This document shows positions 10,844 to 20,726 of a stretch of 64,000 nucleotides of DNA, piece after piece. This stretch comes from Candidatus Poribacteria bacterium (GTDB taxonomy: Bacteria > Poribacteria > WGA-4E > WGA-3G). The notes beneath the pieces are model-generated. The model was given only the letters and a program-made list of their open reading frames with translations. It was not told where the DNA came from and ran no database searches. Location of the stretch: NCBI GenBank assembly GCA_965205025.1, contig CBDBFU010000003.1, positions 32,001-96,000 on the forward strand, in the 5' to 3' direction. Position numbers and translations under genes: made by a program. Within the stretch, counting starts at the first letter, position 1. Each line of letters begins with the position of its first letter.

Positions 10844-12790
10844 ATGAAATATATTTATCTATATCTACTGTTTTTGTTAGTTGCTACATCTGTTTTTGCA
10901 CAAGAAATCACATTCTCCACAACAGACTATCGACAGGACATGTTATTATCAAACGAACCAAATGTTATCGGTTTTGAAGGTTCATCTGTGATAGTTGAAT
11001 TTGAAACGATAATTGATGCACCAACCAGTGTTGTCTACTATGGAGTTCCACATACAGAAGATTACTTGACAACACCGCGATATCGTAAGAGTGCTTTGGG
11101 AATACATATTGATGAAAAGAAAACCGAACATCAAATAAAGATTGACGTATCTAAGCTTGAAGATGTTCATTACGATACGGGTCTAATTAAAGGGAATGGA
11201 GGCACTATAGTTTACCGAATTGAGGTATTCGATTCCCGTGTAAATACAACTCGTGCGTATGATCGTAGATTAAAGTATAAAAGAGAAGGAGATCCAAAAA
11301 CAGGGATCTATTCTACTCTTACAACGATCACAGAAGGTCCATTTATTGATCTCCTAACTCATAATTCAGCAGTTATATCCTGGATGACAGATAAACCTAC
11401 TGAAGGAATTGTCAGGATATATACACAGGATAAGACCAATACCCTAACTGAAAAAGAAGACTTTTCCTCTAAAGAAGATAGTACACATCATGAGGTAACT
11501 GTGGCAAATCTTCAACCCGATACAACCTATTTCTACCAAATTTATACTGATGAGTTTTCCAATACTTATCCCTTCAAAACCGCCCCGATACCAGGGAATG
11601 CATCCACATTCAAGTTTGGATTTATGTCAGATTCACGTGCAGGTGTAGGAGGAGGAGAACGTGCTCAGAACGGAGTCAATGCAAAAGATTTAGGACGATT
11701 TGCAATAGAACTCTACACTAAGAAAGCTGATTTTGTTTGTTTTGGAGGGGATTTAATCAACGGATATACATCCGATGTATGGGATTTTACTTCACAACTG
11801 AAAACTTGGAAACGTACTATACAACCTGTTGGCGCGCTTATCCCTTTTTATGAATCAATTGGGAATCATGAGCAGGTTGGAACATATTACACAGTGAAAT
11901 CTTCAGACATGAAACAGGATGAAAATTACATACAATTCGCAGGCACCGTTGGTGAGAATAGTGCTGAGAATATATTTGCAAAAGAATTTGTAAATCCAAC
12001 AGGTAGTTTTTATGGACACGGCATACCAGACCCAGAGAGGAAATGGAGTTCCAACATCGGTGGTAAGGATATTGGTCCATCCTACGAAGAGAATGTCTAT
12101 TCATTTAATTATGGTAGGATACATTTTATATCTCTAAATAGTAATTATTGGACAACAGGTTATAGAAGTCAAAGTAAATTTGGACAAAAGTCCCAGGATA
12201 AAGATGCTATCAATCTTGCCCTAAATCTTTTTGGTGGAAACAGGGAAGGTTATTTGATGAATTACCAGTTGAATTGGTTAAAAAAGGAATTAGATGCAGC
12301 ACAAAACGATTCAAAAATTGATTGGATATTTATCATATTGCACGAACCGCCATTTCCAAATGGTGGACATGTAAAAGATGCAATGTATTGGGGGACACCA
12401 GGACAGGGTGAACTTGGCGGATATAACGATATAGATGCTCCGATAGGAGATGTAATTGATATGCGGAATAGGTTTTGGACAGTCGTATCCAGTAAATCTA
12501 AAGTCTTAGGAGTTTTATGTGGGGATGAACACAACTATAGCAGAACATTAATCGATTCTTCACTGAATCCAGAATTCAAACATCCCGTATGGCAAATTAT
12601 CAGTGGTGGATGTGGGGCTCCCTATTATGTACAAGATAAATCTGTTCCTTGGGTAGACAATGTCAGAGCATTTACTATTGATAAACATTTCTGTTTGTTC
12701 TCAGTTGATAATAAACAGATAGGTTTGGAAGTCTATAATGATAATAGTCAACTGTTGGATAGCATACCTGATTTAACAAATATTCGATAG
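10844..12790 (+). CDS. Secreted metallophosphoesterase with FN3-like domain (purple acid phosphatase-like)
   Basis: Signal peptide; SDSR, GGDLING, IGNHE, HEPPFP, GDEHNYSR; directly upstream of pstS. Confidence 0.85.
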   Translation: MKYIYLYLLFLLVATSVFAQEITFSTTDYRQDMLLSNEPNVIGFEGSSVIVEFETIIDAPTSVVYYGVPHTEDYLTTPRYRKSALGIHIDEKKTEHQIKIDVSKLEDVHYDTGLIKGNGGTIVYRIEVFDSRVNTTRAYDRRLKYKREGDPKTGIYSTLTTITEGPFIDLLTHNSAVISWMTDKPTEGIVRIYTQDKTNTLTEKEDFSSKEDSTHHEVTVANLQPDTTYFYQIYTDEFSNTYPFKTAPIPGNASTFKFGFMSDSRAGVGGGERAQNGVNAKDLGRFAIELYTKKADFVCFGGDLINGYTSDVWDFTSQLKTWKRTIQPVGALIPFYESIGNHEQVGTYYTVKSSDMKQDENYIQFAGTVGENSAENIFAKEFVNPTGSFYGHGIPDPERKWSSNIGGKDIGPSYEENVYSFNYGRIHFISLNSNYWTTGYRSQSKFGQKSQDKDAINLALNLFGGNREGYLMNYQLNWLKKELDAAQNDSKIDWIFIILHEPPFPNGGHVKDAMYWGTPGQGELGGYNDIDAPIGDVIDMRNRFWTVVSSKSKVLGVLCGDEHNYSRTLIDSSLNPEFKHPVWQIISGGCGAPYYVQDKSVPWVDNVRAFTIDKHFCLFSVDNKQIGLEVYNDNSQLLDSIPDLTNIR

Positions 12791-12825
12791 GATGCTATTT
12801 ATGAAAGTTAAATCGGCTCGGTTAG

Positions 12826-12939
12826 ATGAGGATTTAGTAAATATTTCGGTAATTCTAATTTTCCCAGACCCGGTAGGTGCGGTTTCCTAACCGCACTGGA
12901 TTTTTTCCAAAACTACCGATTTAAAAAATTAATCTTCAT
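12826..12939. mobile_element. TIR element copy A (114 bp) inserted in a REP loop, with an internal REP
   Basis: ATGAGGATTT..TTCGGTA / TACCGA..TTAATCTTCAT ends; flanks rejoin to a perfect GTAGGCTCGGTTTCCTAACCGAGCC hairpin on the minus strand. Confidence 0.8.
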
Positions 12940-12967
12940 GAAACCGAGCCTACCAATGGGTGGGAAA

Positions 12968-13011
12968 GATCGGAATCCCCTCCTACGGAAGAGGTTAATG
13001 CTTAAATTGAC
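12968..13011. repeat. Dispersed ~45-bp repeat GATCGGAATCCCCTCC..AGA..GTTAATGCTTAAATTGAC
   Basis: Second copy at ~41493-41536. Confidence 0.7.
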
Positions 13012-13042
13012 GCTTATGAATCAACAAAATAAATATATAGTA

Positions 13043-13076
13043 TTGTCTAAATTTCGTAACAATTGTTTGTTATAAT
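13043..13076 (+). promoter_or_regulatory. pstS promoter: extended -10 with possible Pho-box-like half-sites
   Basis: TGtTATAAT at 13068-13076; TTGTCTA and TCGTAAC 11 bp apart (weak match). Confidence 0.4.
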
Positions 13077-13109
13077 ACAGTATATAGAAATACCGTCATA
13101 GGAATTATT

Positions 13110-14036
13110 TTGACTGTTATGTTTTTCAGAAAAAACTTCGTTATTCTCATGAACCTAATTATTCTTGTATGTGCAATTTTTTTCATTGGTTGCTCTTCAA
13201 ATTCGAGTGGTGAAAATGGATCACAGAAAACAGAACGATCCGTTATCAGAAATAAGGGGTCGGATACAATGGTAAATTTAGCTCAGGCATGGGCAGAGGA
13301 GTATGACGAGGTGTCCACCACTATTTCTGTCTCAGTGTCAGGGGGCGGTTCTGGAACAGGAGTTGCAGCATTAATCAATGGAACAGTAGACATAGCTAAC
13401 TGCAGTAGACAAATAAAAGAAAAAGAAAAGCAGCAGGCATTAGATAACACAGGAAAAGAACCGATAGAATTTATTGTCGGATATGATGCATTGGCTGTAT
13501 ATGTACATAAAGATAATCCACTCTCACAAGTTACAATACCGCAACTCGCCGAGATATATGGAGAAGATGGTGAACTCAAGAAGTGGAACCAATTGGGTAT
13601 AGCAAATTCTGGATGTAAAAGTGATAAGATAATACGCATTAGTCGGCAATCCAACTCCGGGACTTTTTTCTATTTTAGAGAAGCACTTTTGGGAAAAAAC
13701 CGAGATTTTGAATTGGGGTCATTGGACTTACACGGGTCAAAGGATGTTGTGGAGGTAGTAGGTCGTACACCTTGTGCTATCGGTTATAGCGGCATGGGAT
13801 ATGCCACCGAACATGTGAAAATGTTAGAAGTTGCAACAGACAACAATGTCCTATACTATGCTCCGAATCTTGACAATGTAATTGCCAAAACATACCCTAT
13901 CGCACGACCATTATATATGTATTCACTTGGCGTACCAGAAGGAGCATCAAAAATATATCTTGATTGGATCTTGTCTGAGGATGGTCAAAAAATCGTTGAA
14001 AAACTTGGGTTTGTACCCTTAACGAAGAATCAATAA
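13110..14036 (+). CDS. pstS: Phosphate ABC transporter substrate-binding lipoprotein
   Basis: Lipobox FIGC; KGSDTM, GGGSGTG, DIANCSR, RQSNSGT, YPIARPLY. Confidence 0.95.
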   Translation: MTVMFFRKNFVILMNLIILVCAIFFIGCSSNSSGENGSQKTERSVIRNKGSDTMVNLAQAWAEEYDEVSTTISVSVSGGGSGTGVAALINGTVDIANCSRQIKEKEKQQALDNTGKEPIEFIVGYDALAVYVHKDNPLSQVTIPQLAEIYGEDGELKKWNQLGIANSGCKSDKIIRISRQSNSGTFFYFREALLGKNRDFELGSLDLHGSKDVVEVVGRTPCAIGYSGMGYATEHVKMLEVATDNNVLYYAPNLDNVIAKTYPIARPLYMYSLGVPEGASKIYLDWILSEDGQKIVEKLGFVPLTKNQ

Positions 14037-14087
14037 GATCTACATATCTACTCTCACAACAAAATTGATCTCAATAGTTAAATCTTA

Positions 14088-14990
14088 ATGAGTAAACAAC
14101 CTAATAAAACTACAAACCGTCCATTTTCTGAAATAGTCATAGAACTTTTCATTCGCCTCTGTGGGATTAGTTCGATAATATTTGTTTTTGGAATTTTCTT
14201 CTTTGTATTTAAAGAGGGGGCAAGTTTTCTATTTAATGGATTGAATCTTTGGGAGTTTTTAACAAGCGAAGAATGGTATCCGACATCGCTAAACAACATA
14301 AGGTATGGTACTTTAGCTTTAATATTGGGTACATTCAGTGTAACTGTCTTAGCGATGTTAATGGCAGTTCCATTTGGACTTGGTGCTGCTATTTTTGTCT
14401 CAGAGTTCTGTTCCCCCAAATTAAGAGAGACATTCAAAATAGTTATAGAATTACTTGCTGCGATTCCTTCTGTTGTCTGGGGTTTCATCGGTTTGACTTT
14501 GATGAATCAACTGATTATCCAAGTATTTAATGCTCCAATCGGTTTGACTATGCTCAACGGTAGCATCATGCTTGCGTTAATGAGTGTTCCGATCATTGTC
14601 TCTATCGCTGAAGACGCACTAAAAGCGGTACCTGACTCCTATCGTGAAGCAGCCGAGGCACTTGGTGCAACGAGATGGCAGGTCATCTACCGTGTGTTAT
14701 TACCCGCTGCAAAGAATGGGTTATTGGCAGCTGTCTTACTTGGAGCAGCCAGATCTATCGGTGAAACAATGGCAGTATTAATGGCGACAGGGCATTCAGT
14801 GAATATCCCTACAAGTCCGTTATCTTGGATTCGCACACTGACTGCTACGATTGCTGCTGAATTAGGAGAGGTAGCGAGAGGGGGAGAACATTGGCAAGTA
14901 CTATTCATCATCGGTATCCTTCTATTCAGCATCACATTCATTGTGAATTTAATTGCAGATTTAGTTATCAAAGGGATACGCCAAAGTTAA
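14088..14990 (+). CDS. pstC: Phosphate ABC transporter permease
   Basis: IELLAAIPSVVWG, REAAEALGAT (EAA loop), RSIGETMAV. Confidence 0.95.
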   Translation: MSKQPNKTTNRPFSEIVIELFIRLCGISSIIFVFGIFFFVFKEGASFLFNGLNLWEFLTSEEWYPTSLNNIRYGTLALILGTFSVTVLAMLMAVPFGLGAAIFVSEFCSPKLRETFKIVIELLAAIPSVVWGFIGLTLMNQLIIQVFNAPIGLTMLNGSIMLALMSVPIIVSIAEDALKAVPDSYREAAEALGATRWQVIYRVLLPAAKNGLLAAVLLGAARSIGETMAVLMATGHSVNIPTSPLSWIRTLTATIAAELGEVARGGEHWQVLFIIGILLFSITFIVNLIADLVIKGIRQS

Positions 14991-15011
14991 ACTCAGAGAA
15001 TAAAGCAAATT

Positions 15012-15929
15012 ATGGATGTAAATACCGACATATCACCAGAATTAATGTTTACCGAATCTCAAATAGGTAGACGGAACAGGTACATTGAAAATGGTGTGAA
15101 GATATTCTTCCTGATAATGACCTGTCTGATGATACTTCCACTACTTCTAATTATTGGGTATCTTTTCTATAAAGCATATCCAGGACTGTCATTCGAATTT
15201 TTATTCACAAATCCAAAAGACAATATGCGGGCGGGTGGGGTATGGGCACCGTTATTAGGTACAATTTATTTGGTTGTAGTTTCACTTGTGGTTGCTGCAC
15301 CCATTGGAGTCTTTTCTGCAGTATACCTAAATGAGTATGCAAGGGATAATTGGTTTACCCGAATAGTGAATTTGGCAGTCGTGAATCTTGCTGGTGTCCC
15401 AAGCATAGTTCATGCCTTATTTGGTGTAGGAGCATTTGTTCTATTCGCCGGTTTTGGGGAATCTATTTTGGCGGCTTCCCTCACATTAGCAATTATGACT
15501 CTCCCTGTAATCATTGCAAGTACGAAAGAAGCCTTAAACGCCGTACCCATGTCGTTCAGAGAAGCGTGTTGGAATTTAGGTGCAACCCGTTGGCAAACAA
15601 TTCGACGAATTGTTCTCCCCAATTCTATTAGTGGGATCTTGACAGGTGTTATCTTACAAGTTTCTCGTGCTGCTGGTGAAACAGCCCCTATCATGTTTAC
15701 AGGAGCAGTATTCTATAAGGCTATTCCTGAAGGGAATCCCTTTGCCTATCATATTATGGACCAGTGTATGGCACTCTCACTACATCTTTATACCATTTCT
15801 ACCCAGGCTCGAGATGTACCCGATATAATAATTTATGGAACAGCAATTGTACTTGTAGGGATTGTTCTCTTTGTCAATGCCGCAGCAATATGTGTTCGTG
15901 TATATCTTAGAACTCGGAAGAAATGGTAA
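15012..15929 (+). CDS. pstA: Phosphate ABC transporter permease
   Basis: AVYLNEY, NLAGVPSIV, REACWNLGATRWQT, RAAGETAP. Confidence 0.95.
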   Translation: MDVNTDISPELMFTESQIGRRNRYIENGVKIFFLIMTCLMILPLLLIIGYLFYKAYPGLSFEFLFTNPKDNMRAGGVWAPLLGTIYLVVVSLVVAAPIGVFSAVYLNEYARDNWFTRIVNLAVVNLAGVPSIVHALFGVGAFVLFAGFGESILAASLTLAIMTLPVIIASTKEALNAVPMSFREACWNLGATRWQTIRRIVLPNSISGILTGVILQVSRAAGETAPIMFTGAVFYKAIPEGNPFAYHIMDQCMALSLHLYTISTQARDVPDIIIYGTAIVLVGIVLFVNAAAICVRVYLRTRKKW

Positions 15930-15966
15930 TTGTTTTATTATTACAATAAACATCTTGATATAACTG

Positions 15967-16728
15967 ATGAACAATCACTTAAATAACGAACAAACCGATA
16001 AAAAACAGCGATTGGCCGGTATAGTTGAAAATACTGTATTTAATATTATAATTCAACTACTCATTCTCGGTTCAGCAATCGCTTTTGTACTTGAAACTGA
16101 GCCAGAATTAGCAGAGTATAATTCATACTTTCTGATAGCAGATTGGTCTTTTCTTATCTTATTTACGTTAGAGTATGCATTACGTATATATGCTGCCCCG
16201 GATAAGAAGGCTTTCATCTTTAGTTTTTTCGGTTTAGTGGACCTAATTGCAATTCTACCATCGCTCGTGCTAATTCCTGGATTGGGACATCTACCCGGTT
16301 TTCATGTTTTACGTGTATTAAGATTCTTACGTGTATTCAGAATCTTTAAAGCAACCCGTTTTATTTTAGCGGTAGATAGGATGATAGACGCATTAGCGGA
16401 GGTAAGAAGGGAACTCCTTGCTCTTGTGATTTTATCTGCCATGATGGTTTATCTGTCTGCCTGTGGTATCTACTACTTTGAAAAGGTGGCTCAACCTGAG
16501 CATTTTGGCACAATTCCAAAATCAATGTGGTGGGCAATTGTATCACTCACAACAATTGGTTATGGTGATGCTTATCCAATTACACCCGGGGGAAAAGTCT
16601 TCACTGCGTTTGTAGCATTAGTTGGGGTTGGACTCATTGCCATTCCCTCTGGATTGTTAGCCTCTGTTTTAACAGAAGCAAGAGTGGAGGAAAGATTGGA
16701 GGAAGAACATGATAATAGGAATGACTAA
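15967..16728 (+). CDS. Voltage-gated-type potassium channel (6 TM, Ion_trans)
   Basis: S4 LRVLRFLRVFRIFK; pore WWAIVSLTTIGYGDAYP. Confidence 0.93.
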   Translation: MNNHLNNEQTDKKQRLAGIVENTVFNIIIQLLILGSAIAFVLETEPELAEYNSYFLIADWSFLILFTLEYALRIYAAPDKKAFIFSFFGLVDLIAILPSLVLIPGLGHLPGFHVLRVLRFLRVFRIFKATRFILAVDRMIDALAEVRRELLALVILSAMMVYLSACGIYYFEKVAQPEHFGTIPKSMWWAIVSLTTIGYGDAYPITPGGKVFTAFVALVGVGLIAIPSGLLASVLTEARVEERLEEEHDNRND

Positions 16729-17056
16729 TCAGAATTTTCTAAGAATAACCATAGCTTTGGTTGTAATTTCATTTGTAATAGTTTTTCTCTCTGGTTGTGG
16801 AATTTACTTCTTTGAAAAAGATATACAACCTGAAGTATTTGGTTCAGTGTTGAATTCTGTCACCTATACTTTATTGATATATACAACAATTGGTTATGTA
16901 AATACTGCACCTGTTACATTAGGGGGTACAATAATGAGTTCCATGGTGGCATTTGTTGGTTCTATTATAGGGATACTGTTTTTAGTTAACATAATCATTG
17001 GAACATTACGAACCTGTACAATAATACGTCGAGAAACTAAGAAACTTTTTGGATAA
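16709..17056 (+). CDS. Pore-only (2 TM) K+ channel paralog with altered filter TTIGYVN
   Basis: LSGCGIYFFEKDIQPEVFGSV mirrors LSACGIYYFEKVAQPEHFGTI of upstream channel; start may be ATG 16721. Confidence 0.75.
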   Translation: MIIGMTNQNFLRITIALVVISFVIVFLSGCGIYFFEKDIQPEVFGSVLNSVTYTLLIYTTIGYVNTAPVTLGGTIMSSMVAFVGSIIGILFLVNIIIGTLRTCTIIRRETKKLFG

Positions 17057-17072
17057 TTGAGTAAAGGGAATA

Positions 17073-17828
17073 GTGATAAACAAAATTGAGATTGCAGATC
17101 TTAGGGTTCATTATGGAGATATACCCGCACTAAATGGTATATCTTTTAATGTAATTGAGAATGAAATACTTGGGATCATCGGTCCAGCACAATCTGGGAA
17201 AACCACACTATTAAAAGCAATTAATCGAACTCTCGATTTTACACAAGGTGTAACAATCCAAGGTTCGGTAAAACTGGACGGAATTGATGTCAGCTCAATT
17301 AGGGATGTCTACGGATTACGGAAAAGGATTGGCATGGTCTTACCATTGCCTGTCGGTTTACCTCTATCAATTTACGATAACGTAGCATTTGCCCCAAGAA
17401 CATCAGGACTTCGAAACAAAGCTGAATTAGATGTTATCGTTGAACGATGCCTACATCAGGCTGCATTATGGGATGAAGTTAAGGATAGATTAGATTCACT
17501 GGGAACAAAATTATCGGGTGGTCAACAACAAAGATTGACGATCGCAAGAGCACTATCCCATCAACCTGAAATTCTATGCTTGGATGAATTCTCTATCGCT
17601 GTTGATCCAATTACAACCATGCGGATTGAAGAAGTACTGAATACATTAAAAAATGAGATGACTATTCTGCTGGTAACCAACCTTGTTCAACAAGCAAAAA
17701 GGTTAGCAAATCGTACAGCATTTATGTTAAATGGTGATCTGATAGAAATTGATGACACAGAAGTGATTTTTTCAGAGAATCCCGCACAACAATCAACTTA
17801 CGATTATATCAACGGTAATTTTGGATAA
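17073..17828 (+). CDS. pstB: Phosphate ABC transporter ATPase (copy 1; intact LSGGQ, H-switch lost)
   Basis: GPAQSGKTT, LWDEVKDRL, LSGGQQQRL, LDEFS, VTNL. Confidence 0.85.
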   Translation: MINKIEIADLRVHYGDIPALNGISFNVIENEILGIIGPAQSGKTTLLKAINRTLDFTQGVTIQGSVKLDGIDVSSIRDVYGLRKRIGMVLPLPVGLPLSIYDNVAFAPRTSGLRNKAELDVIVERCLHQAALWDEVKDRLDSLGTKLSGGQQQRLTIARALSHQPEILCLDEFSIAVDPITTMRIEEVLNTLKNEMTILLVTNLVQQAKRLANRTAFMLNGDLIEIDDTEVIFSENPAQQSTYDYINGNFG

Positions 17829-17886
17829 CATAGAATTATTCCATAAATAAATTTGCTTCATATAACTGAAGTGGGACGAAGTTCAA

Positions 17887-18660
17887 TTGGATACGAATAA
17901 CTACTGTATTGAAACTGAGAATCTTAATCTATGGTATGGGGATTTCCAAGCCTTAATAGATGTTACTGTAAGAATCCCTGAAGGACAGATTACATCTCTA
18001 ATTGGACCATCTGGTTGTGGAAAAACTACACTGCTTAGATGTTTTAATCGGGTAAATGAACGTTACGGGAACGTAACTACTAAAGGTGAAATACATATTT
18101 TAGGGAAAAACATCTACGATCCTGATGTTTCACTCTTAGAACTGAGAAAAACTGTCGGAATGGTGTTTCAAAGACCAAATCCACTCCCAATTTCTGTGTA
18201 TGATAACATTCTTTTCGGTATTCGTATTCATTCTCAATTTAGAAGTCTAACACGGTCCCAATCAGATGAAATCGTTGAGGAAGCACTTACCTCTGTATTT
18301 CTGTGGGATGATTTAAAGGATAAACTTAAGACAAAAGCGACTTCGTTACAATTAGAACAACAACAGAAACTCTGCATTGCAAGACTCTTACCTCTTAAGC
18401 CGAAGGTCATCCTGATGGATGAACCATGTTCAGCACTCGATGCAAAAGGAACGCAAGCAGTCGAAGAATTGATGTCTATCCTCGAAGGATCATATACGTT
18501 TCTAATAGTCACTCATAATATGGCACAGGCTCGACGTGTAAGTAAGGAGTGTATTTTTATGTTTCTTGGAGAATTAATAGAACACAAAGATACACAGACA
18601 CTATTTGAATCACCTGAACATGAGAGAACTGCTGATTATGTCCAGATGCGATATGGTTAA
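17887..18660 (+). CDS. pstB: Phosphate ABC transporter ATPase (copy 2; degenerate signature, H-switch intact)
   Basis: GPSGCGKTT, GMVFQRPNP, LQLEQQQKL, MDEPCSALD, VTHNM. Confidence 0.88.
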   Translation: MDTNNYCIETENLNLWYGDFQALIDVTVRIPEGQITSLIGPSGCGKTTLLRCFNRVNERYGNVTTKGEIHILGKNIYDPDVSLLELRKTVGMVFQRPNPLPISVYDNILFGIRIHSQFRSLTRSQSDEIVEEALTSVFLWDDLKDKLKTKATSLQLEQQQKLCIARLLPLKPKVILMDEPCSALDAKGTQAVEELMSILEGSYTFLIVTHNMAQARRVSKECIFMFLGELIEHKDTQTLFESPEHERTADYVQMRYG

Positions 18661-18802
18661 GTTGCAATAAACAAACTACACTTTGACAATTTTCATAGAT
18701 TTCCCAAACATCATTGCTAAACAATTATTCAATTCAAAGGGAGATTAACAACCAAATTTTTGTTCCCAGTCTAGTATAATTCAATCTTGACATCCAATTA
18801 TC

Positions 18803-19531
18803 ATGGACAAGACAAAACTGCTTTTTAATTCAGTTGCAGTTCTAATTCTAATAATAGTCCTATTTGTATACTTGATTCTAACATTCAAAGTTCCAACGGT
18901 TGATAGTGAATTTAGTTTCGAGAGAATGAACATCAACCGAATAAACTTATTGAAGGTACGGTTGTTGTGGATGATTCCTGTCTTGTGTGCGGCAATAGTC
19001 CTGAGTATTGTGTTGGCGTTTGTTATAGAGGAATGGCTACCAACAACAAATTTAATTCGTAGGATTATTGTTCCTCAAATTGCCATACTGTCAGGTATAC
19101 CATCAATTATCTATGGAATATTTGCTATCTATTATCTTGTATTTAATTTGATTTCCTCCTCGAATACAAGTCTTGCTATTATTGTCATTCTGTTGGTAAT
19201 CCCACTTACAACTTTGTCCGCTCAAAATGCTATTAGAAATGTTGACATATCAATCCGACATGCAGCGTATGCAGTTGGTGCTACGAAATGGCAGGTAATC
19301 TTTGATCATGTATTACCACTTTCACTAATTGAAATCTTGGGTGGTATCTGTCACACAATATCACGAGTACTGTCAGTTGCAGCATTTTGTATATTAGTAT
19401 CAATTATGATGGAATCTCCAATTAATGAACAAACAGTCATAAACATAATATACAATATTGGAATTTTACTTGTGTTGGTATTGTTATTCAGTTTTATATC
19501 AACTTTTCTGAAGAAAAATCCAAATAGATAA
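18803..19531 (+). CDS. Divergent PstA/PstC-like ABC permease
   Basis: LSGIPSIIYG, RHAAYAVGATKWQVI (EAA-like); lacks the GET motif. Confidence 0.75.
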   Translation: MDKTKLLFNSVAVLILIIVLFVYLILTFKVPTVDSEFSFERMNINRINLLKVRLLWMIPVLCAAIVLSIVLAFVIEEWLPTTNLIRRIIVPQIAILSGIPSIIYGIFAIYYLVFNLISSSNTSLAIIVILLVIPLTTLSAQNAIRNVDISIRHAAYAVGATKWQVIFDHVLPLSLIEILGGICHTISRVLSVAAFCILVSIMMESPINEQTVINIIYNIGILLVLVLLFSFISTFLKKNPNR

Positions 19532-19676
19532 GGAGAGTAGGCATCAGTGTTATTATGCAACTGATGCAGGAACTCAAAAAGAATCAGTCAATTCAACAGT
19601 ATGAATGTCGTTAATGCAATCTCCGTATAGAATTCGTTGGAAATCTGCCTTTACCGGATTATTCAATCAGAATCTT

Positions 19677-19905
19677 ATACCATTTCTATAGATTATTGTC
19701 TAATTAGGCGGTTATTATCGTAGTCATTTTTCAGGTCACAAACTGAATGAGGATTAAGTTTTAAATTCGGTAATTCCCATTTTCCCAAACTTGGTAGGTT
19801 CGGTTTCCTAACCGAACCGAATTTCTAACACATTACCGAATTATTATTTTAATCTTCATAAAGTTTGTGGTACAAAAAAGAGACATTTTCAATTAGAAAT
19901 GGTAT
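19677..19905. mobile_element. Outer MITE (ATACCATTTCTA/TAGAAATGGTAT ends) interrupted by TIR element copy B
   Basis: Uninterrupted 114-bp relative at 40463-40576 shares the ends and the CACAAACT..TACAAAAAGAGACAT..TCAATT segment. Confidence 0.75.
19747..19859. mobile_element. TIR element copy B (113 bp) inserted in a REP loop, with an internal REP
   Basis: ATGAGGATTAA..TTCGGTAAT / ATTACCGAA..TTAATCTTCAT; flanks CACAAACTGA | AAAGTTTGTGGTAC; cargo GTAGGTTCGGTTTCCTAACCGAACC. Confidence 0.82.
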
Positions 19906-19946
19906 TAGGTAAGAATCAACATACAATATTTCCATTGGTATAATCT

Positions 19947-20702
19947 ATGGCACCAATTATACAAGTCAATAATCTAAATGTTTGGTTTGGAAATAGACGT
20001 ATTCTCAGAAATCTATCATTTGATATTGAACCAAAACAGGTAACTGCATTTATAGGTCCTTCAAACTGTGGAAAGACTACAGTAATCCGTTGTCTAAATA
20101 GGTTGAATGATTTACAAGCAAATTATAGACATACAGGCGAAATACTTTTTAATGGTGAGGAATTATATGCTCGAAAAAACAAAACCGCAGACATTGCGCG
20201 AAAAATTAGTATGGTTTTTGAGAAACCTATTCTCTTCAAAAGGTCCATATATGAAAATGTGGCTTATAGCGCGAGGATACGCGGTATTAAACAAGTAAGT
20301 CAAATGAGTAACATTGTTGATGAATGTCTGATGAAGGCACAATTGTGGAATGAAGTTAAGGATAAACTTCACACCGATCCAAACTTTCTATCTATTGGTC
20401 AACAACAACAACTTTGTATTGCTCGTGCATTAGCATGTGATCCGGAAATCCTAATTTTTGATGAACCCTGTGCACAATTAGATGCAACAGAGACTCCCAC
20501 ACTTGAGACAATTATACAAACTCTTAAACAGCAGGTTACAATCATTTTTGTTACAAATAAGAGAAGGCAAGCTGCGCGTGTATCAGATGTAGCAGGTTTT
20601 CTATACAATGGTGAATTAGTAGAAATAGGTAAGACAGAACAGATTTTTACGACACCTACAGATAACCGCACAGAAAACTATGTTACCGGTAGATTAGGTT
20701 AA
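19947..20702 (+). CDS. pstB: Phosphate ABC transporter ATPase (copy 3, degenerate)
   Basis: GPSNCGKTT, LWNEVKDKL, LSIGQQQQL, FDEPCAQLD, VTNK, ENYVTGRLG. Confidence 0.83.
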   Translation: MAPIIQVNNLNVWFGNRRILRNLSFDIEPKQVTAFIGPSNCGKTTVIRCLNRLNDLQANYRHTGEILFNGEELYARKNKTADIARKISMVFEKPILFKRSIYENVAYSARIRGIKQVSQMSNIVDECLMKAQLWNEVKDKLHTDPNFLSIGQQQQLCIARALACDPEILIFDEPCAQLDATETPTLETIIQTLKQQVTIIFVTNKRRQAARVSDVAGFLYNGELVEIGKTEQIFTTPTDNRTENYVTGRLG

Positions 20703-20726
20703 TACATATATTGTTTTGAGGTATAT

